From: a virus
Length of the DNA stretch: 64,000 nt
Virus record (IMG/VR): IMGVR_UViG_3300042898_002514
Strand: one strand, 5' to 3'
How positions within the stretch are numbered: position 1 is the stretch's first letter; the number at the start of each line of letters is the position of its first letter. A program made the translations under genes and the position numbers. Of the stretch, positions 29,341 to 39,803 are shown in pieces. Under the pieces are notes generated by a model. It was not told the origin of the DNA, ran no database searches, and was given only the letters and a program-made list of their open reading frames with translations.

Positions 29341-29361
29341 AAAGGCTCTTCGGAGCCTTTT
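29341..29361 (+). terminator. Intrinsic terminator
   Basis: AAAGGCTC-TTCG-GAGCCTTTT. Confidence 0.85.
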
Positions 29362-29488
29362 CTATTATTAGTTCTTCCTATTAGTGCCATTAAAAAATAT
29401 TAGTCAAAACTAATGGAAAACCATTGATTTATAGCGTAAATAAATGTACAATAATTATTGTTTCATTCACACACAAGGAGATATAAGC

Positions 29489-30028
29489 ATGAAAACAGTT
29501 GGAGATAAATTAGCCCCATTCGCAATTACAGGTGTCAAGCCAGGACAACCAGAAGATGCGTTCTACACTATTACAGAAAATAGTTTCGAAGGCAAGTGGA
29601 AAGTAATCGTTTACTATCCAAAAGACTTTACATTTGTTTGCCCAACAGAGATTGTGGCCTACGACAAGTTGACACAAGACTTTGCTGACCGTGATGCAGT
29701 CCTGCTAACAGGTTCAACAGATAATGAGTTCTGTAAAGTAGCATGGCAGACTGCACACGCTGATTTGAAGAAAATCACACATCACCAGTTTGCTGATACA
29801 CAGCGTGGTGAGTTGAGCTTGATTGAACAACTGGGTGTGTTCTATGCTCCAGCTGGTGCGGCATTACGTGCCACATTCATTGTTGATCCAAGCAACGAGA
29901 TTCAGCATGTTACAGTCAATAACTTAAATGTTGGTCGTAGCCCAGAAGAAACACTTCGTGTGTTGGATGCGCTACAAACAGGTGAACTCTGTGCTTGTAA
30001 TCGTACAGTGGGCGGAGAGACTCTATAA
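29489..30028 (+). CDS. ahpC: Peroxiredoxin AhpC
   Basis: YPKDFTFVCPTE, GELCACN; start at MKTVGDK after AAGGAG. Confidence 0.95.
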   Translation: MKTVGDKLAPFAITGVKPGQPEDAFYTITENSFEGKWKVIVYYPKDFTFVCPTEIVAYDKLTQDFADRDAVLLTGSTDNEFCKVAWQTAHADLKKITHHQFADTQRGELSLIEQLGVFYAPAGAALRATFIVDPSNEIQHVTVNNLNVGRSPEETLRVLDALQTGELCACNRTVGGETL

Positions 30029-30444
30029 TGTTAAACACAAAAAATGTTGATCGTGTTGGAAATACTTTAGTTGATATTTTTCACCGATTGGCACTTTTTG
30101 GAATAGGCGCCGCAACGGTATGGGCCGCTGGCTGGACGTTTTTTGAAATGTTCCAGAAGCACCATGCCGGAGTTGCCGACTTGTTGCTAATGTTTATCTA
30201 TTTGGAAATTGGGGCCATGGTTGGGATTTACTTTAGAACCAATCATATGCCTGTTAGGTTTCTACTTTACATAGCAATAACTGCATTGACCCGGCACATG
30301 GTAGACATCATGAGTCACCAGCCCATCAACATTGTTGAGATGCTGTCAGTGGCTGGTTCCACATTTATTATTGCCATCAGCGTATTGGTTATTCGATACA
30401 CTAGTGCAAAATTCCCTAGCGATAAGAAAGATGAGGTAGCATAA
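30028..30444 (+). CDS. psiE: Phosphate-starvation-inducible PsiE family membrane protein
   Basis: DLLLMFIYLEIGAMVGIYFRTNHMPVRFLLYIAITALTR. Confidence 0.88.
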   Translation: MLNTKNVDRVGNTLVDIFHRLALFGIGAATVWAAGWTFFEMFQKHHAGVADLLLMFIYLEIGAMVGIYFRTNHMPVRFLLYIAITALTRHMVDIMSHQPINIVEMLSVAGSTFIIAISVLVIRYTSAKFPSDKKDEVA

Positions 30445-30445
30445 A

Positions 30446-30952
30446 ATGAGTTTTATTGAATCAGTAAAAGGCGTATTACCAGAATACGCAAAGGACACTA
30501 AGTTAAACTTGGACGCTGTCCTTTTGCGTAGTACACTAGATGCAGATGTGGCTATGGGGTGTGCTGTGGCTGCATTGGCCGCAACTGGCAACGGCAAGGT
30601 GCTTGCGGTGTTGTTAGCAGATGCTCCAGTACATGCTGACTCTGCAATGACAGCCGCTAGTATTATGGCACAGAACAATGTATGGTACCCTTACGTTGAA
30701 ATGGCAGATGATCCTAGTCTAAAAGGATTGCCAGCACAGTTACGCATGAACGCTATTGCTAGTCACGGCGGAACTACTAAGGCAAATTTTGAAGCATTCT
30801 CTTTGGCAGCTAGTATTGTGGGCAAGTGTCACTTCTGTGTGAAAGCACATTATGAAACACTAAAAACAGAAGGCTATAGTGTAGAGCAACTGCGTGACAT
30901 TGGTAGAATCGCGGCAGTTATGAATTCAGTTGCTAAGGTGTTGAACAGCTGA
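30446..30952 (+). CDS. ahpD: Alkyl hydroperoxide reductase AhpD
   Basis: PEYAKDTKLNL, MAQNNVWY, CHFCVKAH. Confidence 0.93.
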   Translation: MSFIESVKGVLPEYAKDTKLNLDAVLLRSTLDADVAMGCAVAALAATGNGKVLAVLLADAPVHADSAMTAASIMAQNNVWYPYVEMADDPSLKGLPAQLRMNAIASHGGTTKANFEAFSLAASIVGKCHFCVKAHYETLKTEGYSVEQLRDIGRIAAVMNSVAKVLNS

Positions 30953-30958
30953 TACTGT

Positions 30959-31663
30959 TCATTTATGTTTTAATCGTGTTAAAACTTTTAGAACGTTGAC
31001 CCATGTTTTTCGAACATTCCATACTATCATAGTTGAGCCGTGATTCCACGACGATAGTCTATGCATTTTTCTAGTATCGATATAGTAGGTAGTATTTGGT
31101 AAAAATGTTTTAATATTACCTTCTACTTCCCATTCCAAATTATCGCTCGAGTTACCTAAAAAAGTAACAAGCCTAAATGTATCACGATTAAGTAAAAAGT
31201 GATCTCTGTGTCTTGGGTAAAAGCCGCCGGCATTTAATCTTATGATAAAACTACGACACATAGGGGAGAAGAATTCCATAATTTCCTGACAAGAATGTAG
31301 TAGAGGAACAGCATCAGTTGGATAGGTAAATTCAGTTTCTTTTGGAAAACGACCTATTTTTGCGTGAACGTGCGACAATCCCGTTGGACTGATTGCAGTG
31401 TCACCGTTCAACCCAAACAATAAAATTGAATCTCTATCGTTGGTTATTCCTTCTTTTGGCTGGAACGGTCGCCATAGGTCTTTAAGCCTACCCTTGTCGT
31501 CTTCCCAAATTGACTGATCAATTAAAAAATCTAAAGGCTCCCAGCAACCTATTGCACTTAATTGCATTTCGCACATTAAATGTTCGGTTGATACATCGAT
31601 ATTTAAAGACGATGAAAAGTCGTTTGGTTTAGTAGGAAAAGCAAATTTAGGATCAGTGGTCAT
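30959..31663 (-). CDS. AspH-like 2OG-Fe(II)/cupin oxygenase
   Basis: RLNAGGFYPRHRD...YYIDTRKMH. Confidence 0.65.
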   Translation of the reverse strand: MTTDPKFAFPTKPNDFSSSLNIDVSTEHLMCEMQLSAIGCWEPLDFLIDQSIWEDDKGRLKDLWRPFQPKEGITNDRDSILLFGLNGDTAISPTGLSHVHAKIGRFPKETEFTYPTDAVPLLHSCQEIMEFFSPMCRSFIIRLNAGGFYPRHRDHFLLNRDTFRLVTFLGNSSDNLEWEVEGNIKTFLPNTTYYIDTRKMHRLSSWNHGSTMIVWNVRKTWVNVLKVLTRLKHK

Positions 31664-31688
31664 TCTGTATTTAATAAATAACCACAGT

Positions 31689-32333
31689 ATGAAAATAACA
31701 ATTGGACCTAAACACCTAGAACGCGAGTTTACTTTTACTATTCCGGAAGTAGATAATATTGGAATTTTTATGTCGGGCGGTTTAGACTCGTCTGCAATGT
31801 TATCTTTAATTTTAACAGAACTATATCAGACTGATCGATTAAAAACAGTATCATTGACTGCTTTCACTATAGAAAAACCAACAGGCGAGACAAGGTATGC
31901 AACTCGTATTTTAAAGCAGTTTGAAGACCATTTTCAAGTTGGCATATTGCACGTGAATAATATTCCTAATACTGAAGAGGCAATTCGCCAGGGAAGAATG
32001 GACTCTAATGTTGTTGCTGAAACATGCAAACAGTTTAACGGACAAATTTATCTGAGCGGAAACAATATGCCATCGCCGGATATTAAAATATTCAAAGGCA
32101 GCCTAGGTTTTGTCTACAAACAAACTCCATTGTATCAGCAACCTTTTTTGGATCTACTTAAACCACACATGACTGATATATTGTACAAACTAGGAACTGA
32201 CTTTATAATACCATATACACATTCTTGTTCTCGGCAGCTCAGAGGAAAATGCAATTTATGTTATTCTTGCGAGGAAAGGAGTTGGGGATTTGAAGAATTG
32301 GCATTGGTAGATCCCGAAACTATAGATTTGTAA
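31689..32333 (+). CDS. QueC-like PP-loop ATPase
   Basis: MSGGLDS; THSC...CNLCYSCEERSWGF. Confidence 0.7.
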   Translation: MKITIGPKHLEREFTFTIPEVDNIGIFMSGGLDSSAMLSLILTELYQTDRLKTVSLTAFTIEKPTGETRYATRILKQFEDHFQVGILHVNNIPNTEEAIRQGRMDSNVVAETCKQFNGQIYLSGNNMPSPDIKIFKGSLGFVYKQTPLYQQPFLDLLKPHMTDILYKLGTDFIIPYTHSCSRQLRGKCNLCYSCEERSWGFEELALVDPETIDL

Positions 32334-32410
32334 TATTGGGTCTTGACAACCTCCAAACTAAATGTTATACTACTAACATAGTTTAACAAGTTTGGAGGTT
32401 TCTTTTGACA

Positions 32411-32797
32411 ATGCATTTAGAAGGCCCGTGGCTTAGTACCACAGGTAAACGCAAAGGCAAGCAAAAGTTTGCATCAGCTGAACACGCTAGAAAGGCTAGA
32501 GAATTGGACGAAAGTTGGAAAGAACTACAGAAGAAATGGGCTGTAGAAATTGAAGACAAGAAGCGTAAACGAGCATTGTCTGCAGAACCACTCAAGGGAA
32601 ATTACAGTCTTGCCATTCCGGCAGACCGTAGTACTGCTCACATCAAGAGCGTGAACACAGGTGGCAATGCAGTATTGCGACCTAATCCAGTCTACACAGG
32701 AACCAAGGTCAAAGGCATTGCCACTATGCACAAGTCAAATGCGGTGCCTGTGTTTTCGGACGAAGAAGCACAAGATATCTCCAAAATGCGTCGATAA
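32411..32797 (+). CDS. Conserved T4-like phage basic protein
   Basis: YTGTKVKGIATMHKSNAVPVF...ISKMRR; sigma70 promoter upstream. Confidence 0.8.
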   Translation: MHLEGPWLSTTGKRKGKQKFASAEHARKARELDESWKELQKKWAVEIEDKKRKRALSAEPLKGNYSLAIPADRSTAHIKSVNTGGNAVLRPNPVYTGTKVKGIATMHKSNAVPVFSDEEAQDISKMRR

Positions 32798-33083
32798 TCA
32801 CCAGTTTCTCGGGAGATTTCGAATCTATGGGGTATATATTAAACGTTTCGCAAAGAAACTGAGATAGTTGACATGACAGAGATACCATCAAAATCATGTC
32901 CGCGGGTCTTGGCCAATGAGAAACCCGTATTTTCGGGATGCCAAGGGTCGCCAAAGGTACCACAAGTTGTGGTGGCTAATGGAGACAACTACACGAAAGT
33001 AGGGTTCTGTCAGAGCCTCGTGAAGTTAACTCCCTTTATGTAATGTTGTAGAAGTTTTACAACACCAAGTCAAAGGAGGACTT

Positions 33084-33638
33084 ATGGAAAAGTTATTTAG
33101 ATTTACAGCCTATGTTATGGGCTTAGTTGTAGTAGCCATGTTGGTGCAAAGTATTACTCAGACCAAAATGGCAAAGCTACGTGAGGGTCAGATGTTATCA
33201 TCGCCTGATATTGTGTCAATCAAAACTAGAGAACGACAACTAGAATGTCTAGCGATGAATATCTATCGCGAAGCAGGCCACGAAAACTTTGAAGGCAAAG
33301 TAGCAGTAGCACAGGTCACTATGAACAGGGCGGCTCATCCTTCGTTCCCAAAAGATGTCTGTGCAGTTGTTTTTCAAAAGTCAGTAGTGATAGACAGAGT
33401 CATTTGCCAATTCTCATGGTACTGTGACACTGCTCACAAAGCTAGACCTGTTAACCAATCAGCTTATAATGAAAGTATGGCTGTGGCCAAGAAAGTGTTA
33501 TTGGAAGGCTTTCGACTTGACGTAATGAAAGAAGCATTGTATTATCATGCTAACTATGTCAATCCTCGTTGGCCTTTAGAAAAAATTGGATCAATCGGTA
33601 ATCATATCTTTTACAAAGGAAAGAAAACAAATGGCTAA
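33084..33638 (+). CDS. SleB-like cell wall hydrolase (Hydrolase_2)
   Basis: CLAMNIYREA, AVAQVTMNR, CQFSW, YYHANYVNP, IGNHIFY. Confidence 0.92.
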   Translation: MEKLFRFTAYVMGLVVVAMLVQSITQTKMAKLREGQMLSSPDIVSIKTRERQLECLAMNIYREAGHENFEGKVAVAQVTMNRAAHPSFPKDVCAVVFQKSVVIDRVICQFSWYCDTAHKARPVNQSAYNESMAVAKKVLLEGFRLDVMKEALYYHANYVNPRWPLEKIGSIGNHIFYKGKKTNG

Positions 33639-33966
33639 TCTAAATAAATTTAATCCGTTACCCCAATTTGAAAATCTTCAAGAATTTAAAACTTGGGCTA
33701 CGGCTAAGGTCAGTCATATTTCAGCAGAAACATTTGGTTGGTTGGCAGTTATTGTCTTACACGCTGCTACTGTTCCTAGTCTGTTTGCAGTAATGAGCGG
33801 CCTAACTGACAAGATGCCCGCAGTGGATCTTGTGCTGTTATGTTGGGGCGGCCTGACCTTGTTGTTTGTTAAAGCCACGGTGCAAAAAGATATGCTCAAT
33901 GTAGTTACTATCGGATTGGGGTTTATTGTCCAAGCAGTAATGATGGCGCTGATATTTTTTAAATAA
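33631..33966 (+). CDS. Small multi-TM membrane protein (possible holin)
   Basis: Three hydrophobic helices, coupled to the hydrolase. Confidence 0.6.
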   Translation: MANLNKFNPLPQFENLQEFKTWATAKVSHISAETFGWLAVIVLHAATVPSLFAVMSGLTDKMPAVDLVLLCWGGLTLLFVKATVQKDMLNVVTIGLGFIVQAVMMALIFFK

Positions 33967-34014
33967 ATTTAGTATAGTTTTTAACTTTATTAAAGGCCGG
34001 TAAATACTAGCTCA

Positions 34015-35472
34015 ATGAAAATAAATCTAAGTGATAAAATCATAGCCTGGTTGGCTCTTCTAAGCGGACTAACTATATCTGCTGTGGCAATTTGGTACAG
34101 CGTGGCTGGCCTTGTTTCAATCTTTGCGGCCGCAGTTATACCTATTATTGTAATGGGTGTTGTGTTAGAGGTCAGCAAATTAATTGCCACCGTATGGCTC
34201 AAGATAAATTGGGCCCGTGCTCCTATTTTTATTAGGTCGTATCTAATTGCGGCCATTGCTATCCTAATGGTGATAACATCAATGGGTATCTTTGGATTCC
34301 TATCAAAAGCACATAGTGATCAAAGTCTTGTAAGCGGTGACGTACAAAGTAGGATTGCCGTCTATGATGAGAAAATCAAAACAGAAAAAGAAAATATAGA
34401 TGCAAATCGTAAAGTTCTCAAACAACTTGATGAGGCAGTGGACCAAGTTATGGGTCGCTCAACAGATGAAAAGGGTGCCGAAAAAGCAGTCGCAATTCGT
34501 AAAGCCCAGCAAAAAGATCGCGGCCGTATTACTCAAGAAATTGCTCAATCGCAAAAGACCATCTCTACACTTAACAGTGAGAGAGCACCTATTGCGGCAG
34601 AGGTTCGAAAAGTGGAGGCCGAGGTTGGACCAATAAAATACATAGCTTCTTTTATTTACGGAAGCAATCCAGATGCCAATCTATTAGAAAAAGCTGTCAC
34701 CTGGGTAATCATTATTATTGTTGCGGTATTTGATCCTCTGGCAGTGATCTTGTTGTTGGCCAGTCAATACAGTTTTCAATGGTTCCGAACTGCTCGAGAA
34801 GAAGACGACGAGTTAGCAGTAAAAGAATGGTTCGAACAAGGCAAAGAACGTGCTCGTCAATTAGATCAAGAAGCCGCAGAGCAAGATGTCAAAATAAAAG
34901 CAGAACCTTTTATTCCGGCCGGCAGCCCATTATGGCCATTCCCGGTTCAAGGACCAACACTATCAGTCGAAGACAGAGAATTGGGTATTTTTGAAAAACA
35001 TCCTTATCTTTTAAAACCGTGGGTAAGTCAAGTACCGGAAGAATTTCGAGTGGGTCCACAGGTCCATAAAACTGAGGAACCGACAGAAGAAGAGCACACT
35101 GATGAAGATGAATTGGCGCAAGCATCTGAAAGTGAAGCATCTGCAATGACCCGTTGGAAAGCAGATCATCCTGACAGCAGTTTGAAACTTCAGAGAAAAC
35201 TTTTTGAACGTAATGTTATCAAAGAACTACCCTGGCAATCTTATCTAAGGCCGCAGCCTGATCACGATGATGCTGCTGGCGAAGCTGCCAAATGGATAGA
35301 AGAACAACGTGTTCTCGCAGACGAATCTAAAAAAAAAGACAGTGACCTGGTTGGAGAAACAAGGGACACAGCAGATCAAGAAAACCAAGGAAGTGTAGAA
35401 TACGTTCAAAATGCAGAACAGACTAAGTCCACTCTTTGGCAACGTGTGAAAGCAAAAAAAGATGAACAGTAA
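34015..35472 (+). CDS. Membrane-anchored coiled-coil protein
   Basis: Three N-terminal TMs, coiled coil, VGPIKYIA, VFDPLAV TM, acidic tail. Confidence 0.75.
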   Translation: MKINLSDKIIAWLALLSGLTISAVAIWYSVAGLVSIFAAAVIPIIVMGVVLEVSKLIATVWLKINWARAPIFIRSYLIAAIAILMVITSMGIFGFLSKAHSDQSLVSGDVQSRIAVYDEKIKTEKENIDANRKVLKQLDEAVDQVMGRSTDEKGAEKAVAIRKAQQKDRGRITQEIAQSQKTISTLNSERAPIAAEVRKVEAEVGPIKYIASFIYGSNPDANLLEKAVTWVIIIIVAVFDPLAVILLLASQYSFQWFRTAREEDDELAVKEWFEQGKERARQLDQEAAEQDVKIKAEPFIPAGSPLWPFPVQGPTLSVEDRELGIFEKHPYLLKPWVSQVPEEFRVGPQVHKTEEPTEEEHTDEDELAQASESEASAMTRWKADHPDSSLKLQRKLFERNVIKELPWQSYLRPQPDHDDAAGEAAKWIEEQRVLADESKKKDSDLVGETRDTADQENQGSVEYVQNAEQTKSTLWQRVKAKKDEQ

Positions 35473-35848
35473 AGTGATTTTGGTCACCGATCCCGATGAC
35501 GTAGCCTACGATGGTGTGAGATTGTTGCTGGTCAATCTTACCGCTGACCAAACACAATTATTATCTACAGCATTGTCGAAAATCAATAATTTACCAATGG
35601 TGGTTCTTTATATCTGGAACAACAGTAGTCCAGATTGGTTGTTTGATAAAAAACACAAGAGTCACCATATAATCTTTAATGCGGAACACGAAAATCAGTT
35701 AATAACTGGTTATATGGCTGCACAACGTAATTCATCTTATTTTGGGATACTAAAAAACCTAGCTAAGGTCAATACAAAGGCTATATATAGTATTGATGAC
35801 TGCATCAAATTATTAGAAACCGTAATAGGAACTTATGAACAACAATAA
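35462..35848 (+). CDS. Hypothetical protein
   Basis: Coupled ORF. Confidence 0.7.
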   Translation: MNSKVILVTDPDDVAYDGVRLLLVNLTADQTQLLSTALSKINNLPMVVLYIWNNSSPDWLFDKKHKSHHIIFNAEHENQLITGYMAAQRNSSYFGILKNLAKVNTKAIYSIDDCIKLLETVIGTYEQQ

Positions 35849-36077
35849 TACAATTAGACTAACTGGTAATACCGTTTTTGTCAAAGAAAACGAAAATATC
35901 AATCAAGCTCTAAGAAGATTCAAAAAGAAAATAGACGACAGTGGACTTTTGGAAGAACTACGTGCCCGTGAATTTTATGAAAAACCCACAACTGAGCGCA
36001 AACGCAAAGCTGGCGCAGCCAAAGCACGTTGGAATAAAAAGCTCAGAGAACAACAACTTCCTAAAAAAATGTTTTAA
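35835..36077 (+). CDS. rpsU: Ribosomal protein bS21
   Basis: [13 protein letters not shown]...[14 protein letters not shown]. Confidence 0.93.
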   Translation: MNNNNTIRLTGNTVFVKENENINQALRRFKKKIDDSGLLEELRAREFYEKPTTERKRKAGAAKARWNKKLREQQLPKKMF

Positions 36078-36116
36078 TCTATTGACCATTGGTCAGAAAG
36101 GTAGTATAATAGCTGT

Positions 36117-36698
36117 ATGAACACAGATATTATGATTGACTTGGAGACGCTAGACGTACTCCCCACCGCAACTATCCTTACTATCGGAGCAGTTAAATTT
36201 GATCCGTTTGGTGACGATGTTAATGACCCAAAATGTGAGAAATTTTATGTCCGTGTTGATGTTGATAGTTGTGATCGGATTGGTGCTACGGTTAGTCAGG
36301 CTACCTTAGACTGGTGGTCCAATCAAAGCCAAGCTGCTCAGGACGAAGCATTTGATCCTGCAAATAGAATTTCTATCGAAGAAGCAATGACACAACTGTA
36401 TAAGTTTTGTTGGGGCGGCAAGCGAGTATGGAGTCATGGTGCAGGATTTGATGTTATTATTTTAGAACATTATTTTCGCAAGATAGGCAAAGCTATTCCT
36501 TGGAGTTTCTGGGAAGTACGCGATACTCGCACTATATTTGACATTGGAATCAATCCTAACCGGCCTCCTGTACTAAAACATCATGCCCTTGAAGATGCTT
36601 GGAATCAAGCAGTAGGTGTTCAGAATGTTTATAAAAAATTACGAACTGCTAGTAGTATCAACGGTGAACTTTTTCAACCGTTGGCACATCAAAGATAA
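36117..36698 (+). CDS. DEDDh 3'-5' exonuclease
   Basis: MIDLETL, GAGFD, RDTRT, HHALEDA. Confidence 0.9.
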   Translation: MNTDIMIDLETLDVLPTATILTIGAVKFDPFGDDVNDPKCEKFYVRVDVDSCDRIGATVSQATLDWWSNQSQAAQDEAFDPANRISIEEAMTQLYKFCWGGKRVWSHGAGFDVIILEHYFRKIGKAIPWSFWEVRDTRTIFDIGINPNRPPVLKHHALEDAWNQAVGVQNVYKKLRTASSINGELFQPLAHQR

Positions 36699-36779
36699 AT
36701 AAAATCGTAAATTGTACCAATAGGGCAATTTACAGAGCATAGTGCTCACAATTTAGATCTTACTTTATAAGGAGATATT

Positions 36780-38681
36780 ATGTCTAAGATCATCGGTATT
36801 GACCTCGGCACCACGAATTCTTGCGTGGCTATCGTCGAAAATGGAATTCCCAAAGTTATTGAGAATTCAGAAGGTGCTAGAACTACACCCAGCGTGGTTG
36901 CCTACACCAACAATGAAATTCTAGTTGGTGCCAGCGCAAAACGCCAGGCAGTAACAAATCCCAAAAACACCATCTATGCTGCCAAGCGTTTGATTGGTCG
37001 TAAATTCACTGAGGATGCAGTTCAAAAGGACATCGACCTGATGCCTTATGAAATTATCCAAAACGGTAATGGTGATGCTTGGGTCAAGGCAGGAGAACAA
37101 CGTCTTGCTCCTCCGCAGATTTCAGCAGAAGTTCTGCGTAAAATGAAAAAGACAGCGGAGGATTATTTAGGTCATGAAGTTACTCAAGCAGTTATCACAG
37201 TTCCTGCGTACTTTAACGACAGCCAAAGACAAGCTACCAAGGATGCTGGACAGATTGCCGGCTTGGAGGTACTGCGTATTATTAACGAGCCTACTGCGGC
37301 AGCTCTTAGTTATGGCGTTGATAAGTCTGATAAAGCTGACAGGAAGATTGCTGTTTATGATCTTGGTGGCGGTACTTTCGACGTATCGATCATTGAGATC
37401 GCGAACGTGGAAGGCGACAAACAAATCGAAGTACTAAGCACCAATGGTGACACCTTTCTAGGTGGTGAAGATTTTGACCAACGCATTATGGAATTCCTAG
37501 TTGATGAATTCAAGAAAGATTCCGGAATCGATCTCAAGAAAGATATGCTTGCCCTACAGCGTTTAAAAGATGCTGCTGAAAAAGCCAAGATTGAATTATC
37601 GAGTTCTGCACAAACAGAAGTCAATCTTCCATACGTTACAGCTGATGCTAGTGGTCCTAAACATCTAGTGGTAAAGATCACCCGTGCAAAACTAGAAAGT
37701 CTTGTAGCTGATCTAATCGAACGTAGTCTAGCACCTTGCCGCACAGCTATGAAAGATGCAGGCATTACCGCCACTGACATCGACGAAGTTATTCTTGTTG
37801 GTGGTCAAACACGTATGCCTAAAGTACAAGAAGCTGTTGAGCAACTGTTTGGCAAAGCACCCCGTAAAGATGTTAACCCCGACGAAGCTGTGGCCGCAGG
37901 CGCCGCCATTCAAGGTGCTGTTCTAGGTGGTGATCGCAATGACGTTTTGTTGTTGGATGTTACACCGTTGAGTCTAGGCATTGAGACCATGGGTGGCATT
38001 ATGACCAAGCTGGTGCAAAAGAATACAACTATCCCAACTAAAGCTAGTCAAACATTCTCTACAGCAGAAGACAACCAGCCTGCTGTGACCATCAAAGCGT
38101 TTCAAGGTGAACGCGAACTCGTACAACATAACAAGTTACTAGGCGAGTTTAACCTAGAAGGTATTGCACCAGGACGCAGAGGACAACCTCAGATTGAAGT
38201 GAGTTTTGACATTGACGCCAACGGTATCATGCACGTCAGCGCCAAAGACAAAAACACCGGCAAAGAAAACAAAATCACTATTAAATCAGATAGTGGATTG
38301 AGCAAAGAAGAAATCGAGCGTATGGTTCAAGATGCTGAAGTCAATGCAGAAGCAGATAAGAAAGCACGTACACTGATTGAAACACGTAATGGTGCTGAAG
38401 CACAGATGCACGAAGTACGTAAAGATCTAGAAGAGTTCCGTTCAGAACTTTCTGAAACAGAAATCACTGAGTTAGAAACAGTGATCAAAGCAGTAGAAGA
38501 AGCTACCAAAGGCACAGACCCTGAAAAGATCACTGAAGAACTCAACAAGGTTTATCCGGCAATGAAAACATTATTGGATAAAAAGCAGGCCAAGGAACAG
38601 GCAGCTCAGGCGCCTCAACCAGAAGCCAAAGCAGATGACAATGTGGTAGACGCTACGTTTACTGAAACTAAGTTTAGCTAA
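36780..38681 (+). CDS. dnaK: Hsp70 chaperone DnaK
   Basis: [25 protein letters not shown]; full length. Confidence 0.98.
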   Translation: MSKIIGIDLGTTNSCVAIVENGIPKVIENSEGARTTPSVVAYTNNEILVGASAKRQAVTNPKNTIYAAKRLIGRKFTEDAVQKDIDLMPYEIIQNGNGDAWVKAGEQRLAPPQISAEVLRKMKKTAEDYLGHEVTQAVITVPAYFNDSQRQATKDAGQIAGLEVLRIINEPTAAALSYGVDKSDKADRKIAVYDLGGGTFDVSIIEIANVEGDKQIEVLSTNGDTFLGGEDFDQRIMEFLVDEFKKDSGIDLKKDMLALQRLKDAAEKAKIELSSSAQTEVNLPYVTADASGPKHLVVKITRAKLESLVADLIERSLAPCRTAMKDAGITATDIDEVILVGGQTRMPKVQEAVEQLFGKAPRKDVNPDEAVAAGAAIQGAVLGGDRNDVLLLDVTPLSLGIETMGGIMTKLVQKNTTIPTKASQTFSTAEDNQPAVTIKAFQGERELVQHNKLLGEFNLEGIAPGRRGQPQIEVSFDIDANGIMHVSAKDKNTGKENKITIKSDSGLSKEEIERMVQDAEVNAEADKKARTLIETRNGAEAQMHEVRKDLEEFRSELSETEITELETVIKAVEEATKGTDPEKITEELNKVYPAMKTLLDKKQAKEQAAQAPQPEAKADDNVVDATFTETKFS

Positions 38682-38740
38682 TTGTCAAATAGGGGGTACT
38701 TTCGAGGCCCCCATTGTTCTTACTTTATAAGGAGACTATT

Positions 38741-39178
38741 ATGAACAACAATCAACTATCGAGATTAGACACACTGAGCAGAGCACTTGTGGGATTTGAC
38801 ACAATGTTTGACCAAATGGAACGCAGATTTGCCAACCAAGTGTCTACCAACTATCCTCCATTTAATATCCTCAAATGGAATGAAGACCAATACGAAATTC
38901 AAATTGCAATTACTGGATTTGAGAAGGAAGAAATTCGAGTAGAAGTCGAGCGCAATCAATTGAGCGTATTTGGCGAATCTAAAGAAATGTCTTTAGGAGA
39001 TGCCATGTACCTTCATCGTGGACTTGCTACACGAGACTTTGAAAAAACTTTTACTTTAGCAGAGCACATGGAAGTTAAGGTAGCCGAGATTAGAAACGGT
39101 ATGTTGAGAATTCAACTTTTCCGTAACGTTCCGGAATCCGAAAAACCACGTATCATTGATATTGTGGAAATTAAGTAA
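38741..39178 (+). CDS. ibpA: Small heat shock protein (Hsp20)
   Basis: NYPPFNI, YLHRGLATRDF, NGMLRI, PESEKPR. Confidence 0.93.
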   Translation: MNNNQLSRLDTLSRALVGFDTMFDQMERRFANQVSTNYPPFNILKWNEDQYEIQIAITGFEKEEIRVEVERNQLSVFGESKEMSLGDAMYLHRGLATRDFEKTFTLAEHMEVKVAEIRNGMLRIQLFRNVPESEKPRIIDIVEIK

Positions 39179-39223
39179 TTAATTAGGGGAGACTTACTCC
39201 CCTAATTTGGAGCAAATAAAAAT

Positions 39224-39526
39224 ATGTCCACTGATTTAAAAATTGATGAAAAAATAACAGTTTCCTTACAGCCACCAAAGCTATGGAAAGTTGTATTGCT
39301 GAACGATGATAAAACTCCTATGGAATTTGTCATCGAAGTGTTAACTGAAATATTCAAACACGCACAGGATCGAGCCAAAGACATTACCTTGGAAATACAC
39401 AACACGGGTAGTGCGGTAGCAGGAATCTATACACACGAAATCGCCGAACAAAAAGGCATCGATTCTACTCAGGCTGCAAGACAAAATGGATTTCCTTTAG
39501 TGGTAACCATTGAACCAGATGCATGA
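39224..39526 (+). CDS. clpS: Clp protease adaptor
   Basis: KVVLLNDDKTPMEFV, IHNTG, EIAEQK, FPL. Confidence 0.93.
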   Translation: MSTDLKIDEKITVSLQPPKLWKVVLLNDDKTPMEFVIEVLTEIFKHAQDRAKDITLEIHNTGSAVAGIYTHEIAEQKGIDSTQAARQNGFPLVVTIEPDA

Positions 39527-39792
39527 ATCAAGAAGATATCAGAGTTATAAAATACACTGATCTTGGCACAAAGAGATTTCAATATTGGCTAACTCTTTTT
39601 GATTGTAGAAGCGGCAATCAAACTTCTGGGAAAAAAGGAAAAAGAACCTTGATAGCATATCTAGAAAGTTTGTTTGGCCCATTAGGCCAAAGATGGCATT
39701 TTCAAAGGCAAAATGAACAGATATATACTGTTAAATTAGATCAGGAGAAAGACCTCCTGATTTTTCTTTTGAAGTTCAAATTAAAGAATTAA
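39523..39792 (+). CDS. Small protein of the paralogous FxLK-tail family
   Basis: C-terminal LDQEKDLLIFLLKF. Confidence 0.6.
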   Translation: MNQEDIRVIKYTDLGTKRFQYWLTLFDCRSGNQTSGKKGKRTLIAYLESLFGPLGQRWHFQRQNEQIYTVKLDQEKDLLIFLLKFKLKN

Positions 39793-39803
39793 ATATACAT
39801 ATT

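Noticed and set aside
36780-38681. Antisense and alternate-frame ORFs inside dnaK (similarly nrdA, tail fibre, csgG, fecR)
   Set aside because: Expected codon-bias shadows with no independent expression signals
36780-39526. Window is bacterial chromosome (dnaK, clpS, rpsU, tRNAs)
   Set aside because: Interleaved with PAAR, tail and head genes and TAAATA late promoters; no dnaJ/grpE, clpA/clpX or rRNA context
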